A DNA stretch of 64,000 bases, taken from NCBI GenBank assembly GCA_030704615.1, contig CM060731.1, positions 11,656,001-11,720,000 on the forward strand, written 5' to 3'. Of this stretch, positions 38,400 through 52,500 are shown one piece after another. Numbering within the stretch: position 1 is the first letter of the stretch; every line of letters starts with the position of its first letter. The translations under genes were made by a program, and so were the position numbers. The stretch comes from Takakia lepidozioides (taxonomy: Eukaryota > Plantae > Bryophyta). The notes under the pieces were generated by a model that saw only the letters and a program-made list of their open reading frames with translations, made no database searches and had not been told where the DNA came from.

Positions 38400-40793
38400 T
38401 TGTACTCATAAGACGTTGTTTGCCGTTGTTTGACCCCGCGCCCAGTTTGAGCGGGAACAAAAGGGACAGAACCTACCTCTGTCAGGGGCTGACGTTGGTA
38501 GTAAGACTTACCTCCATATAAAGAATTAATCCGGGTTTTCCAGATATCCTCTAGAAATCCCTTCACACAAGCATCAATCTGCTGTGTGTGATTAGCCCAA
38601 AAACTAGGCCTCAGGAGGGCCTGGGCTTTTGGCTCAGCCTCGAGACTTTCAAAGTTGGTAAACAGGGGTACAGGCACAATTCCCTTAATAGATTTGAAGA
38701 GAGCGTCTCTTTGGTGAGAGAACCCCGGACAGTGTATCAGAAAATGAATACTGTCTTCAGATTGCCCACACAACGGGCAATTGCACTCTCCCTTTCCTCT
38801 CTGCTTCTGTTTGCTGTTCAAAGGTAGGCTTCCTGCCCTGAGTTTAAATTTCAGTCTAGTGCCGAGAGTGGGTAGACCCTTGAGGTCATCAAAGATGTCC
38901 TCCCCCATGTCACAGACCGGAAACAAGTTCAGGGAAGTTTTCTGCCTAACTTCATTTTCATCAGACAATCTCATGGCAACAGACATGGCTGAGGACACTA
39001 CAGCCTCTAAGTCAGATTTATCCAGCAGGGTCAAGACTTGCGGATCCAGGTCCAGGTCCTTGAGGATCTCTTCTACTCTATTAACTTAGGATATCTGGTG
39101 TTGGGCATATGTTGCAGCTGACCCCACCATCTGACCTTGAATTCATCTCGTCGGGAGCTTAAGGACGGAACGCCAAACTCACCCCGAACAGCCACATTGG
39201 CTGTTTTGGAGCATGCTGACATACACTCCTTAAGCACCCCCACTTGAATGGATTCTAGAGACTTAGCCTGGTTGGAGTTATCAACCCATATAGCAGATCC
39301 ATACTCCAAGGCAGGTCTAATAACGCGACAAAGCATGGTTTTCTTAACCTCAGAGTTGACCTTTGAACAACTTTCCGGATATGTGCATCCCAATTACAAT
39401 TGGAGGAGAACTCAACGCCCAGGTAAGTGTAGGAAGGGAGGACCGGGATCTCTTGGCTACCCCACTGCCACTTAAGATCATTTCCTCCCTCTCCTCTGTC
39501 GTTGAATGCTACCACTGCACATTTGCTGACATTAGCCTCTAGCCCCCAAAGATCAAAGTATCTCTTCGCGCAATCAATCAACTCCTGGAGATTGGTTGGA
39601 GTCTCCCCTATGCCTGCGAAGTCATCTGCAAACATAAGGGCTGGTATGGTGGTATCACCCACCCTTAACCCAAATCCCTCACTTTCCACATCCTCGAGGA
39701 GTTGATTGATGAAAACATTGAAGAGCAGAGGGGAGAGAGTACATCCTTGAGCTACACCTTGGTCTATGTCAAAGAAGTTGGACTTCTGTCCGTTAACAGT
39801 GACACAGCTTTTGGTGTGAGCATACAAGTTGTGGACAACTCTCCACATCTTTCCCTTGATCCCACAAGACCAGAGGCGGAACCATAGGCCATCTCTCCAC
39901 ACTGTGTCATAAGCCTTTTTGACATCCAGGAAAAAGACATAAGTGGGTTTCCCTTCTTTTTTCCTTCCCTGGATAATCTGGCTTAGAGTGAAGATATGAT
40001 CCACCCAGCCCCTGTTTCGCCGAAAGCCAGCTTGGCCTTCGTGGAAACAACCTCTAGACTCCAGATCAACCTCGAGACGAGTACTTATAACTCTGCAGAA
40101 TGTCTTGCCAACAGCATTGAGGAGCGTGATGCCACGGTAGTTCCCTGGTTCTTCTCTGTCACCCTTCTTGTATAGATTGACAATGACCCCCTGTCGCCAG
40201 CGAAAGGGAATCATTTCAGTCTTCCAGATAAGGTTAAAGAGGAGAACTAGGGCCTCTATCATGGGATCGCCACCGTGCTTGATAAGCTCGTTGACAATAC
40301 CATCAGGTCCACCAGCTTTATATCCATTTAAATGTTCAATTGTTTCCACAATCTCAGAAGAACTAATGGGAGCATTATAAGCCATTGAAATATACTCCAG
40401 TTCATCAGGGCTGTTTTGAATCATAGGAACAGTTTTTCCAACTGTGTCCTTCCATTCAGCAGAAGACCCCTCACTGTTAGACCTAGACGTTCTGCCAAGG
40501 ATACTGTAGTGAGTTTCAAAGGTTTCGACAATGTCAACCGATGAAGTCACCACTGCACCTTTAGTAGTCTTCAGCGCTTGTACTTGCTGACCGTTTTTCG
40601 GCTTGTACAAACGTTGAAGGGCCAACCAGAATTTCTTGTCATTACCACCATGGTGGTTTGAGTTTATTTCACTGTATAACTTGTCCCAGTATAATTTCTT
40701 CTGAGACCTAACAAGCTGATTGATATCTTTACGGTGCTGGTAGTACCTCGCCCACAATTCTCTGTTGGTTTCCAAATTGCAGCACTCTTTATA
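38400..40793 (-). mobile_element. 5'-truncated non-LTR retrotransposon (RTE/RTE-X-like LINE), RT plus C-terminal Cys/His domain
   Basis: RT motifs KAGGPDGI, NYRGITLL, QAGFR, FLDVKKAYDTV, GVAQGCTLSPLLF, LMFADD, YTYLG; C-terminal KLRAG...CPLC...HFLIHCP. 10-bp TSD GAGGAACAGA at 38390-38399 and 40794-40803. No endonuclease domain, no poly-A; frameshifts or deletions near 39360 and 39075. Clade assignment is inference. Confidence 0.93.
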
Positions 40794-41141
40794 GAGGAAC
40801 AGAAAGAGGTGCAGAGGCACAAGGAGGTCCCCGGGAGAAGGTCACACAGCACAATCAGGCAATTGGCTCAGTCTTTCGGGCAATTCCAAAGTCTGCCTTC
40901 AAAAAAGAAGTCCTCGGGAGGCAGGCATTCCTCTCGTTGGACAGAAAACACACTCAAGCCAAACACTGGACTCCCGAGGGTTGTAATTGGGCTTGAACCT
41001 CTATCCACAGCTCAACCACCCTTCAGATGTTTATCAAACAAAACTGTCCCCAGGTTTACATTATTGACATACAAGTAGGGGATGATCCCCTCTCAATATG
41101 ATACAAAATGGTTGCATATAACATACATGGTAATGACGAAA

Positions 41142-42079
41142 TCATTTTTCTGGCTCAGTCTGTGAAGCTGAAGCTGCTGCCGGCTCAATTTGTGAAGCTT
41201 CTGATGGCTCAGTGAGCGGATCTGTGAGTGGCTCAATTTGTAAAGCTGCTGGTGGCTCAGAATGTGAATCTGCTAGTGGCTCAATTTGTAAAACTGCTAT
41301 TTGCTCAGTCTGCGAAGCTGCTAGTGGCTCACCAGTGGCATGCTCAATCTTGCATCTTCGCATGGCTAAATCATCACTGGCGACCAATGTGAAATCGTCT
41401 TCCCTCTTTTTCGCTCTCCACGCGGCTTTCCTGAGGCGTTCCTTCTCCCGACGCGCAGCCCCTTGATCTGCACTGGGGTCTGCAGCTTCTAAAACCACAC
41501 CCTTTGCAACTGCAGCCCTTTTGCGTTGTCCAACCTCAGCTTGTGTGAATCTGGTCTGCACACGCAAGAAAGATGGAGAGTAAGGAATTATGATTCTAAT
41601 TCAAACATTGTTTGCCCTAACTGTGACAGACTGAAATATTCCCCACCTCTTTGCTCTAAATAACATGAGCAGTGTTCCTCCTAGGCCCCCCCCCGCCCCC
41701 CCCCGCACCATAGGTTACAACCAATTATGGATGCTTATCAAACCGAGCATGCAATTGCCATGTTCAAAACAATAAGCCGAACCTCAATGCTTCCTCGCTT
41801 GCCTTTGCGCGCACTATCCCCATACACTGTCTTGCAAAAATTGTCCACCTCCAGAATCTCAATCCTAATGGTCTGCTTCTCAACAGTCGCCTGAAGCTGT
41901 TCAATCAGCGTGTCCTGCTTTTGAATTCGATCACGTAGTTGCTTCAGGCTTCGATGATGCTCCTCAATCTGGTTCCACTTTACACCCACCTCTTGAAGAA
42001 TCTTCTCAACAGTATCACTCCGAAAACTTTCTTCCTCATCACTTGCCTTCTGCAATTTTCGCAAACTCCTTTCAGCCAT
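41142..42079 (-). CDS. Unknown two-exon protein (~236 aa): coiled coil, basic helix, 8-aa repeats
   Basis: Exon 1 41783-42079 and exon 2 41142-41555 join in phase 0 via GT-AG; no stops. Telo-box (42155-42163) and CpG-rich region upstream. Confidence 0.6.
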
Positions 42080-44009
42080 CGGCCTCAAGAATGTTTCCCT
42101 GCATGCCCAACCGATTCTATGCCCGCACTGCAACTTCCCTGCCCTTCCACATCCAAACCCTAACCCTAATTCCGTCCTTCCAACCACATGGACACGTCGT
42201 GCTACGATCCGTCGACACACAGCCACTCGGACGCTGGCCGTCCGTCCGTCCGTCCACGCACGACGACGGCAACTGTCCATCCAAGTTTCCACAACGTACG
42301 TCGAAGGCGACAGTAAACTAACGTTCATTCCATGTCCGTCTCTCTGAGCTCGGTGACGAGAATCTGACGAAAGAAAGGGAAGGAGGCCTGCACACGTCCG
42401 TGGTTCACAGATCAGGGAAGGATGCTGAGCTCAAGTGTGACGACCTCACAGCAATTACCAAGCACGAGAGATGGGCACCTTGAGCTCGTGAAGCTTGCAG
42501 TACTACAAGGTACAAAATGCACACGACAAAACTTAGCTGCAAATCTTACATACATGTACATGTATGCCATTAACTCCGCGTATCTGTCACCCTCATCATG
42601 AATCGCCTGAGCCAGCACCATATTTTCATGGTGGGACCTCTGAGACTGACCTGAATGAACATTCTCCAGATGAGAATTGCCGTCTTCAGATCAAGTCTAG
42701 TAGAAAGGGTCTTGAAACATTGTCTGTGTGTAGAGTAAAGGTATCTGTGGTGGAGCCCTGATTGTCATTCTCGGATCTGAGATGTTACCCCCTACCGGAG
42801 AGGTGGCCAGCGCTGGCCAGCATGAAAGGGCCTTTTGAAAGGGCAACCAGTTGAGCTGGAATGCAGGCTAATTGCAAACTCGCTCGATCGAGCTCTTGTG
42901 AGGTGACATGATCCAGCGTACCCTTGCTACGATCATAGAATGTACATCGCACGCTAAAATCAACAGGGTTTTTATTTCATTCTGTAAACGCTATGAACAG
43001 TCTCTTTCTTTGCCTTCTTCTAGTAAGGTAGTTGGGTGTACTCGATCAGTACTGCACGTCCATACGGCGCCTTTGAATCCAAATTGCACTAGATGTTTTC
43101 ACTGGAGATCTACAGTTGGCTCCAGATTATCAAATTAACTTGCTAGATCATGGATCTAAATCGATAACCCACGGTCAATTTGCTTGTCCAATCACCTCGA
43201 CTTATTAGGGGACAGATGTAACCGAGCAACGCGTTCGATGAAATTGACAGACTTTGAAGCTCATCGAGATAGCACTGACTCTACACTTGGCTATGTAGGG
43301 CTATCAAGGAGACCTCTACATGTACAGTTAACCTCCTCACATGTCTAGTGAAACAGAACTCGTGCAGTCCCGCGATAATAGTAATTCTGTGTACCAGCCT
43401 TAATAGTCTAAACCATCAAAGATTGGGGCCCAGAGGCTTTCTACATAAATGTGCATGCTTACGTTAGTAAAGCCGATCGATCGCACTCCGTTTCGAAGTG
43501 CTGACCTGCTAAAGACCAGTAGGTTAACTCTAGACTCGTGACCAAACGTACAGACATTGTACAAGAAGTTATCATAAACTCATATAAACTTGTACAGCAT
43601 TTCCGAATCCGCCCAGTTGGGGAAAATTTGTCCAGACACATGCGAGTTGAATCAAGCAAAATCTGATGTACCAGCCCCACTGTTTCCGTCCAATGGCATA
43701 TTGAACTTTCAAACATTCTCTCGATTCACATCGCACAACTCCTGAGCTCCTGCTGAGCCTAGTCAAGATATCGTTCGAACACTTCTACACTGCTAGGAGC
43801 TAAACTAAAAACCATCATTCATTACGTCCGCGTCTAACGATTCAATCTAGATCTCATTGCTTCTTGTGCAAATTTGCACGAATTGAACCTGCAGGCTGTA
43901 AATTGGTATCGAAATCTAAGTCTCTCGGGAATCTAAATGCACGTGGATGAATGTCCCTGAGCTAGATCATGCTTTCCAGAGTCACCGGTAGGTGGCCTGA
44001 TTGATAAAA

Positions 44010-45065
44010 TCATGAGTCGGGAATCCAACGCGGTCCATGGCCTAACCGAAGCTCCAAGTCCAGAGTCTCAGAAAAATTCTCTTGAAGTGGAGATGCAGCT
44101 GCAGTCTCAGATAACACCAGGCTAGGACTCAAATTGCTGAAATTCACCGTCTGGCGGTGCGCAGAAGCACTGGTCTCCTCTTGAGCAAATGTCCGTTCAG
44201 AAGATTGAGCATAACGGTGAAAGGCACCCAATTTGCCCGGTGTTGCCTGAGGCAAACTCACCAAAAAACTGACAGGCTGGATGGCGGTCGTTGGGCTGGA
44301 AAGCTTTCGCCCGCTGTTGTTATCCGTCACCACACTGGAGATAGAGTTTAATGAGTTTGATGTGATAGACTCCTGTGACAGTGGCCTGGCATTGGAGACA
44401 GGAGAAGAGGAACTTAAGGGGGTGGAAGGCACGTTTTGAGCGTGTAAGGTGCTCAGCTGAGATATTGATGAAAGTCCAGGGAGAGAAAGGCCATTAGATG
44501 TTGAGTTTGAAACAGCTAATAGAGTTCCTGATGCAGAATTTTGAACGATAAATCTCTCTGGACCGTTTGTTTGCCGAAGATTCGCGCCTGGCTGGGGAAG
44601 CGGGTACAACCAGCAGAGTGAGGTGGCCCCATTGCCTGGCTGCTGCAGGTGATCACCATTTGCATTGACGACTGAAACTGGAGTCGATGAGAGCAATGTG
44701 GCTGCATTTCTCAGCTGTGCCATCTGATTTGCATGCGCTCTCTCTCTCCTGTGGACATTCATGTGCCCCCCCAGGGCCTGAGCAGTTCTAAACTCCCTTT
44801 GGCAAAAACTACAGGCATATGACCGAGGAGGCCACTGCCCGCTGCTGCTAGCATCTTCAGCAAAGGCTCGGATCTCCCAGGAGTCAGTCTCCGCAGCATT
44901 TCCGGGACCGTTGGTGCTCCACGTCGCAGCCCCTTGCAGGTTGTGACACCTCGCAGTGGGTCCCCATGGTCCACTGGATAACCATCCGCCCGCGCGGAGC
45001 TGTTCTTGATCCTGTTGCTGTAGTTGTTGCTGCTGGTATGCAGGCAGAACCACATGAGTCGCCAT
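44010..45065 (-). CDS. SUPERMAN/RABBIT EARS-like single C2H2 zinc-finger repressor with EAR motif, 351 aa, intronless
   Basis: [10 protein letters not shown]...[33 protein letters not shown] finger and C-terminal [11 protein letters not shown] motif. Confidence 0.96.
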   Translation of the reverse strand: MATHVVLPAYQQQQLQQQDQEQLRAGGWLSSGPWGPTARCHNLQGAATWSTNGPGNAAETDSWEIRAFAEDASSSGQWPPRSYACSFCQREFRTAQALGGHMNVHRRERAHANQMAQLRNAATLLSSTPVSVVNANGDHLQQPGNGATSLCWLYPLPQPGANLRQTNGPERFIVQNSASGTLLAVSNSTSNGLSLPGLSSISQLSTLHAQNVPSTPLSSSSPVSNARPLSQESITSNSLNSISSVVTDNNSGRKLSSPTTAIQPVSFLVSLPQATPGKLGAFHRYAQSSERTFAQEETSASAHRQTVNFSNLSPSLVLSETAAASPLQENFSETLDLELRLGHGPRWIPDS

Positions 45066-48000
45066 TGTGCCTCTGAGCGAGGGATAGACCTGTGATCTGG
45101 GGAAATGATTCCGTGCTAATACAAATGTTCAGGTGTAGCTCAAGCAGCAGTTCAATACATAATTTAGGTGTGTAAATTCTGCTTTTGCATGGAGAGACCC
45201 TTTCACGCAAGCGATCTGTCCACGGATGCACCTGAATTTGCAAACTTAGGAGCAAGTTTTAGTGTCTACAAGCCTTTGGCATTGGCTTTAGACCGGTACA
45301 AGTGGACAGTTTTCCTGAAGCTTTCTAAAACGTGGGTTGAACTTGTGGGTGGAGAGGGTCGAATGTGAGAGGCCTCAGCTCACATTTCTTAAATATTCAT
45401 GAAGAGGAAAGAGAATGAGTTACAAGAGAAACAAACTCAACTGGTTCCCAAATGCACAGTGAGGGCAGAAGATGACAGAGACACAGTGGGGCCATGCGCA
45501 ACCAGGTAAGGACAAAATGAGGGCCACACGTGGCTGCACTCCAAACAAAGACGGCGCGCACGAGCTGGGCAGCTTCTACCTGCAAGCTTCCCTGGCCACC
45601 AGAAGCTCCCACGTACGTACCATCTACTGCACCATTTCGTGTAACAGTGAACGCTTGTTTCACTGTTCATGAATGTGCCGAACTCATGAATATGGCCCCG
45701 AAGCTTCGTCAAGGATAATCATCAACATCAGCCAGATCATCAATGTATAACTTGCTAGCTCATCGTCTCTATCTGCATGCATGGGATCCAGGGTGTGCGA
45801 CAAGGCATCGTAATCCATGCGCCATTTTGGCCTTTTAGTTGTAAGGCGTTTAAACCTAGTGACGGAAACACTGTTTGCAAGGGTGATCCCTAACAATGAG
45901 CCTCGAGTCAATGATCTAGTAACAGTTCTTCTTGACCATGATCACAATTTAGAGCGGACGAGCTATCTCCAGGCTTAAGGTCTGAAACTTCAACCTTTCA
46001 AGAGCGCTTTTGGATTGCAGCCGGCTGCAACCCTCTTCTTGAACAGTTAAATTAGCAATTGTTCTGAGCCATCAGGCTTAATTCGTTCACTAGGTCCATG
46101 GTTATCATGTACAAGATTTCATATGACAGTTTTCCATCCTTCAGCATTAAGATCTAATAATTATATATAGTTGCACGAGCCGGGACAGTAGATTGTTCCA
46201 CGGAAATCTGCGTGCTTGGGGATCCATATACGTATGGATCGCTTCTCTGTTATACCCATGTCCCAAGTTCTCTGCGTTTCAGTCCCAGTTGGCATCGACA
46301 GGTAGGGTGGGTATAGATGGTGCGTGTTCTGCACTATGGATTGCGCCCAAACAACTGCTATCACCTCAACCATTTTCGGGTATTGGGATAAGTTTTGGAC
46401 GACCACTCTTATGTCCCCCAGTCATGCTCAAGTCAAACTTGCAATCGGCCAACTTAAAGAAGATCAGAACTTTGTTGACTCAAGCAAGACTTCGACGTAT
46501 AAAGTTTATTCAATTTAACATTCCAACCGGCATCAGAAATGTCGGTAAAGTCTTAACTACTCTAGTTTAAGGATTTATATTTAGAGGTCACACTGTGTAC
46601 TAGATCTCACCTTGTGTTCGGGATCTACGGTAGTCTCGATGATCCAGTACTTAGAACTTTCCATCAAGATGAATGCTTCTAGAGAGTTAGTTAGATTATA
46701 GATCAGTTCCTCACTAGTTGGGGCGAATTAACAAGATGCCCGGGGAAAGGTAAGTTTGTCCTGTTGCGGATCCCTGCCGAGCCACGACGCATGAAAATGG
46801 GTGACCCTGCATCTAGATCTCACAGTGAATCTCACAGTCAATGGAGAACCCTCCCATCCACCCAGCCTCTTTGGCTTCATGTGCAACTGGCGGACTCTCC
46901 TGCATACCACGCCCAATGCAATGCCGCCCCGCTACAATGTAACAATGCTGTTGAGGATTACTAAGATTGGTCAAAGTAGAGACCTGCAATATTATACGTA
47001 TTCAATTAAGTAACGACTGTGTGATGATCCCGCGCTCTTGTGGGCTTTTGTGAATTGATCTGTCTTCTTGGAGACTACAATCTAACACATTGCTGTCCAA
47101 TCTGACCAGTACGATTCTCTTCGCATAAAGAAGTGTTTCCCTTAGTACCCCTTTCTTGCATGATCAATACATGGCAATGTCGATTACTGACACACCAGAA
47201 CTTTGAACATTCTTATTAAACTATTTGTGTTCAGGGACCGACACCCGACCGACATATATTGTTTGAGGCCCGAAACCAAAAACATAGATCTGGGTCCAGC
47301 GAGACACAATGGATAGGCATGAAGCTGGCGATAAATAATTCACCCACTGCTCAGAAAGTAGTCGATTGAGAGGAAAATGGGAGTCGAGGGTTCTCAAAGG
47401 TTGGGAGAGTCTACGGACGGTTGACGGAAGTCGACGAAGAAACCGAGATCTTTGAAGCACTAGTCTAGCAAGAGACATCATCCAGTTGGGGAGGCACATT
47501 GATACGGCGGCCCGAGCTAGTGTGTGTGGAAATTGTCACTTCTTGGAAGCCGGCGTTACGTTCTTGATGTCATTGCGGCCTTCCTCATCCTCAAGTTTGT
47601 CTTTTGACCCTGCTTTGCCGCTGTCGCCAACACCTTGAACTCAGGACCAAGCCTTTGTCTGACCTGTTCCTTCGCCTATAGTCGGTGAATGATAAGAGGT
47701 TGCTTAGGCAGTGCGATCAGCACTGCCAGTGACTCACTTCTCCTCGTTTGCTTCGCAGCAGATAAGCAGAAAAATATCTTATCTAAGTTTATGATTTCCA
47801 CAGGCGCATTGATGGCCGGGTAGATCTTGCAAGTTTAGAGGATCCTGTATTGCAGATTATAGTAAACAGCTCCCACAACGCAAATTACTACCCAAGTATA
47901 ATTTACTCTCGAGACCCTCTGATCACATGCGGATCCGAGAACGCAGTTTTGGCTCAGGACACGTTCACGAGGACTACTTCTGCCTCATCCAATTTACCTC

Positions 48001-49086
48001 CACGGCTGGGGACATCGGCCATGTAGCTGAAATGTCCCACTTTAGGATTGATCAGGCACAGTTACTGCATATGTTACACGACCGATTCAAAACATTGAAA
48101 TCTTATGAAATACAGAGGATCAATTAATTGAACATTCATTGAATCGATGCAGGACAGTACATCTGAAACAATTTCTAAAGTCGATCCGCATCAGCTCGTA
48201 AATTAGTCAGTTGAGAATTGGTACGTTCTGAGCTCGTAAACGAGCGCTGAAGGCGATCATTTTCGCAGGGCAGGCCTACTTTGGGTTTTAGAACTCCTCT
48301 CACTTGACTGAGTCACCCTCTGGGGTGATTGCGCCCTCAATTCCGACAACTGTTAGCTAGTTCTACAAGTAAAATAAAATTCTATCAGCTAGGAACCAGC
48401 TAGGTCAACGGATCAAAATCCTGATACGCGCTAAGCGTTATATCTTTTGTCTCTTCTTCTTTTTCTCACTAGGGAACTTGTCCTGCAGCTCGTTGTTAGC
48501 TACTGCCCCTAGCGTCACGCTGCTGACGACGTACCGACGGTGCTTGGATGTACTGTACTGGGCCCACCATCGATGTGCACAATGTACATAGCAATTCTGA
48601 TGAGCAGCTCTTGTCTTGCAGATGTACTTCAGATGAGTTAGTTCCACTGCTATATTCCCGGAGATTCTTGTATCTAAATGCTAGATCCGTAGGCTTGTTC
48701 AAATGTCCTTGTTAATTACCTGCTCTGGTGCTTATAAACAGTGATCAGCTGACCTATTATAATTGATCTACGCCCCAACCTTTGATACGTAAGGTACTTT
48801 GTCCAGTCATGTAACAGAAAGGAATTCCAAAGAAATTGTAACAAGTTTAGGAGGTAATAATAGTTCAAAGACGAGTTCTTGTCAGTTGTCTGCTCATGAC
48901 TGCACGTCTTCTGATGTCTGGTTTTGCAATCTCCTATTTCAATTGCATCGTGCTGTCGGAAGGCTAATTTCCAAAAGAGAAAATTGACAATGAGTATGCT
49001 GACTCATTTCTTTTGTATTTGGAAAATCTTGACCTCCAGGATAAAAATTCACGGAACATCTCATTAGAAAGCATTGAACGATGTAC

Positions 49087-49529
49087 TCATAGGGCCCACC
49101 CCTGAAGAGGGGCAGAAGTGACTCTTAGTTACGCCGGCTTCGGCACGAGTCTTCTCTCTCTCTCTCGAACGATGTAGCATGATTAGTTACCAGCTGGGCG
49201 ATTTTAGTGTTAGCTGGAGATGAGGTTTGTTTGCAAACCTTCACGGAGACCCATCCTAGTGCGCACAATGAAATTCAGTAAAGTTTCGAAACAAAACCTG
49301 CTGGCCAGCAGCCAAATATAATATATGTTAATTACATTATTAGGTGCGCTGAGCTTGAAAGCTGCAAGTCTGATGAGTCAACCTTGGACGGTTTCATGTT
49401 ATGTGTAAACCTGGATCGCCACCATGAAGCAGGGCAACTGCGAGAGAGAGAGAAAAGACTCAGGCCAAAGCGGGCCTAACTAAGAGCCACTTCACCAACC
49501 GGCTAAACCTTTTGGGGGTGGGCTCTATG
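49087..49529. repeat. Imperfect long inverted repeat (~80-90 bp arms, ~270 bp spacer)
   Basis: CATAGGGCCCACCCC...GAAGTGACTCTTAGTTA...GAGTCTTCTCTCTCTCTCTCG pairs with CGAGAGAGAGAGAAAAGACTC...TAACTAAGAGCCACTTC...GGGGTGGGCTCTATG. Confidence 0.85.
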
Positions 49530-52500
49530 GGACGCCGGAGACTAAAGGGTCGGCTGGTTTCCAGAGGCCTCCCACTGAATCAAAATTAATGCATGATTGT
49601 TTTGGTTTGTCGGAACAGGCAGGCTGTTCAGTTTACTGGCACTATCTTCTTCTGAAGATCGGTGGTGCACTGACCAGTTATCAATTAAGCTAAATTGTGA
49701 CGTGGACTTGTCAAGTCCTGCATGAATTTAGCAATGTCGGGTTCCAGAACTTGACCGATTTCCTAGTTCCGGATATTTCTACCCTGAACGGCAGTCAAAG
49801 ACAAGCAATTGTAACTGCGGTCTCCATATCTATATAGTCAGGATGAATGGGCGATGACGATTATGAAGATGCCAAAGTGACCTGGAGGATTAATGTAGTT
49901 TAGTCATATAATATCTAGATCAAGGCCTTACTGTTGTCCTCTACTATTGAGTGTAGGCTTGAATATATCAGTTAGTCACCTTCGCCCAGTGACGACGAGA
50001 ACTCTTCGCATAAGATCACAGTAGCTGTGCGGTTCCATTGGTGATACAGGAATAATGTCTGGAACATTCCTTGATGTTGAGCTATCCATGGAATTGTCGC
50101 TCTACTTAAACACTCAGTGCTTGCAAAAGTTAGATTTTGTATCATATCGCTTCTTCCACGCCGATCAAAATGAGGTTCAGGGCACTGTGCAGGGATTCAG
50201 AGCTCCACATGTGACATCCCCAACACTAAACAGCCATTTGAAGCTCAAATATTTAAGGGATCTACCTGGTGGACTTGAAAACTATATATGCGACCGATAT
50301 CTTAGTCAGTTGTATATTCCTCTGGCCAATTTTGACCAACCAACTTAGTCCATGATGTTGTACATGATCAACGATTATAATAACTGGGATCTGGACCAGC
50401 CTGTTGACTAAGCTGCGTCCTTCTGTGTTCGAGATAAAGGGCGTGCTATCGATAACTGCATGATCTTTGATTCTTCAGGGAAGGGAGCCATTGCGGCCAG
50501 ACTTTCGATTCTCGTTTTTTGGAATGATGTAACTCGAATAGATACAACATCATTGAGTGTACAATCCTGTGTCCAGATCAGATGTGTATAGTAAAATTGA
50601 TGCACTCAAATTGGGTGGCCAAAGCTAGATCTTTCCATGAAAAAAAACACCTGAATGTATAACTAACGTCCGGCATTCAATGCTGCTCGATCACAGATTG
50701 ATCCTATACATCCATGTTTCTAATAAGGTTTTCCTAAATTATCATGGCAAAGATTTGGTTGACCAACAGGTCGAATCTCAACTCAAGGGTAATTATATTT
50801 AATCAAGTGAGGTGGAAAGTCTATCTGAGATTGTTTTGGGCTCTACGTACAATGCTCACGATGCGTCACCTTCGATAGAGCCAGGAGGCCCAGGTGGAAG
50901 AAATCGCCGTCGGTGGAGAGCCTGATCGTCCTCCCTCACGATGTGGAGAAGACGGGCAGTATGTGCACATTGGCGGAACCGATTGACCCTAGAGGCAGTG
51001 TCGTGTGTCGTTACTCTCGGTCGGAAATCACGAAGCTATTCAACGACGTAAGTGTGTCGGTACATGCAGAATAGGAACTGGCCCGTACCCTCTTCAAACT
51101 TGGAACTGTGATTTCACTCTTTTCAAGAACTTGGTCACCTGTGTTTAGACTCCCACTACGGTGGACTGTATTGGAGGGGATGACGCTTCCGGACAACCGT
51201 CAGATAATTGTCTGCGTGCACACCTAGTTGATATCTGTTTTTCCTCATAGATCTAGGTTATGGGACTTGAAGGCCGGGCTTGTTTGGATAGTAGATATCA
51301 TCATGTGTGTGGCCGCATCTTGAAAGCAAGCAGCTTGAAGGATTGGCTTCGTCCTTGAGATCCCATGTTCACGAGTGACCTGGGCGACGGCCGAGAACCG
51401 CAGATCATTCATGCAGCATGAAATCGAATGCTTTGTTAGAGAAAGCTCGGAGCTGACATGTCCATTTTTCAGTCTCCGCCACAATTACCCCGGACCACAT
51501 GCACAACAGCCTGCTTGACATCGTAAGACGGAGATCTAAGACTAGCATATATGAATGGTCTACCCCTTGCAGCACTCTCCACAAGCTGGATCCGCATGAA
51601 GGAGGGCGTCAGGCTTATGATAAATGCTAGCAGAAATATTGGCGTCTCCTACATGTATGTAAGAGTACATATTTCTAGTGCATGCTTATGTACCATTGAC
51701 TGACATGATCTTCTATGAACTTGTAAATCTGCTGATTCGAGATTGCTTGGCTTATTAGCTCCACGATCTGTAGACGACATTGTCTATTATTTCAACGGTT
51801 CCAAATGCAATGCCACTGGAGCCGAGCAAGAATTATCACCTTAACCTCATGAGTACAAGCACTCCGAAGGCGCTATAGCTGCTTTTGAAATGGCTGGACC
51901 AGTACTGTAAACGGTTCGTAATGTTCCCTTTACAGTGCAACTATCTCTGGCGTTCGAGATCTCATATTACAAGGTTTTGAACTTGGTCCAATCTATCCAT
52001 GGCTTACGTCTAGGACAACTGGTCGAGGATCGCATTGACTCTGCCTAGGCTGGCCTTGCAGAATTTGAGAGCCCAGACTCACAGGATCAAGATGGACCTC
52101 TAGGTAGATTATCCATGGCCAGGCGGCGAATTCCACCACCGGTAATGTGCCAGAGCTTCTCGAGAGCTAGATTGATCGACATTAGTACTGATCAGTTGGA
52201 TCAACGATTGTGTTGGACCACGCCCCTCAAGGAACTCCTAGATCTCAAGGCTTAGCAAGAACTTCGATCTAGAACTTCGACTCACATTGTGTACATACTA
52301 AATTTTAACCAAGTACTAATTAGACGCATATAAGGTCACTAGTGGTCCGCGATGCCAATTTCCATGCATGACCCTTTCCACAGCCAATGCTCAACTACTT
52401 GGTTCCCTAATGCGAAATCGTTGAACTTCACTCCATGCAGGCCTGCAGCCTGATAAGTGGAGCTACTATAAAAAGAAACAAACAAATCTTTGCAGTGGAC

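Noticed and set aside
49370-49400. Hammerhead ribozyme core CTGATGA-GTC...GAC
   Set aside because: Required GAAA is replaced by GGTT and no flanking helices were found.
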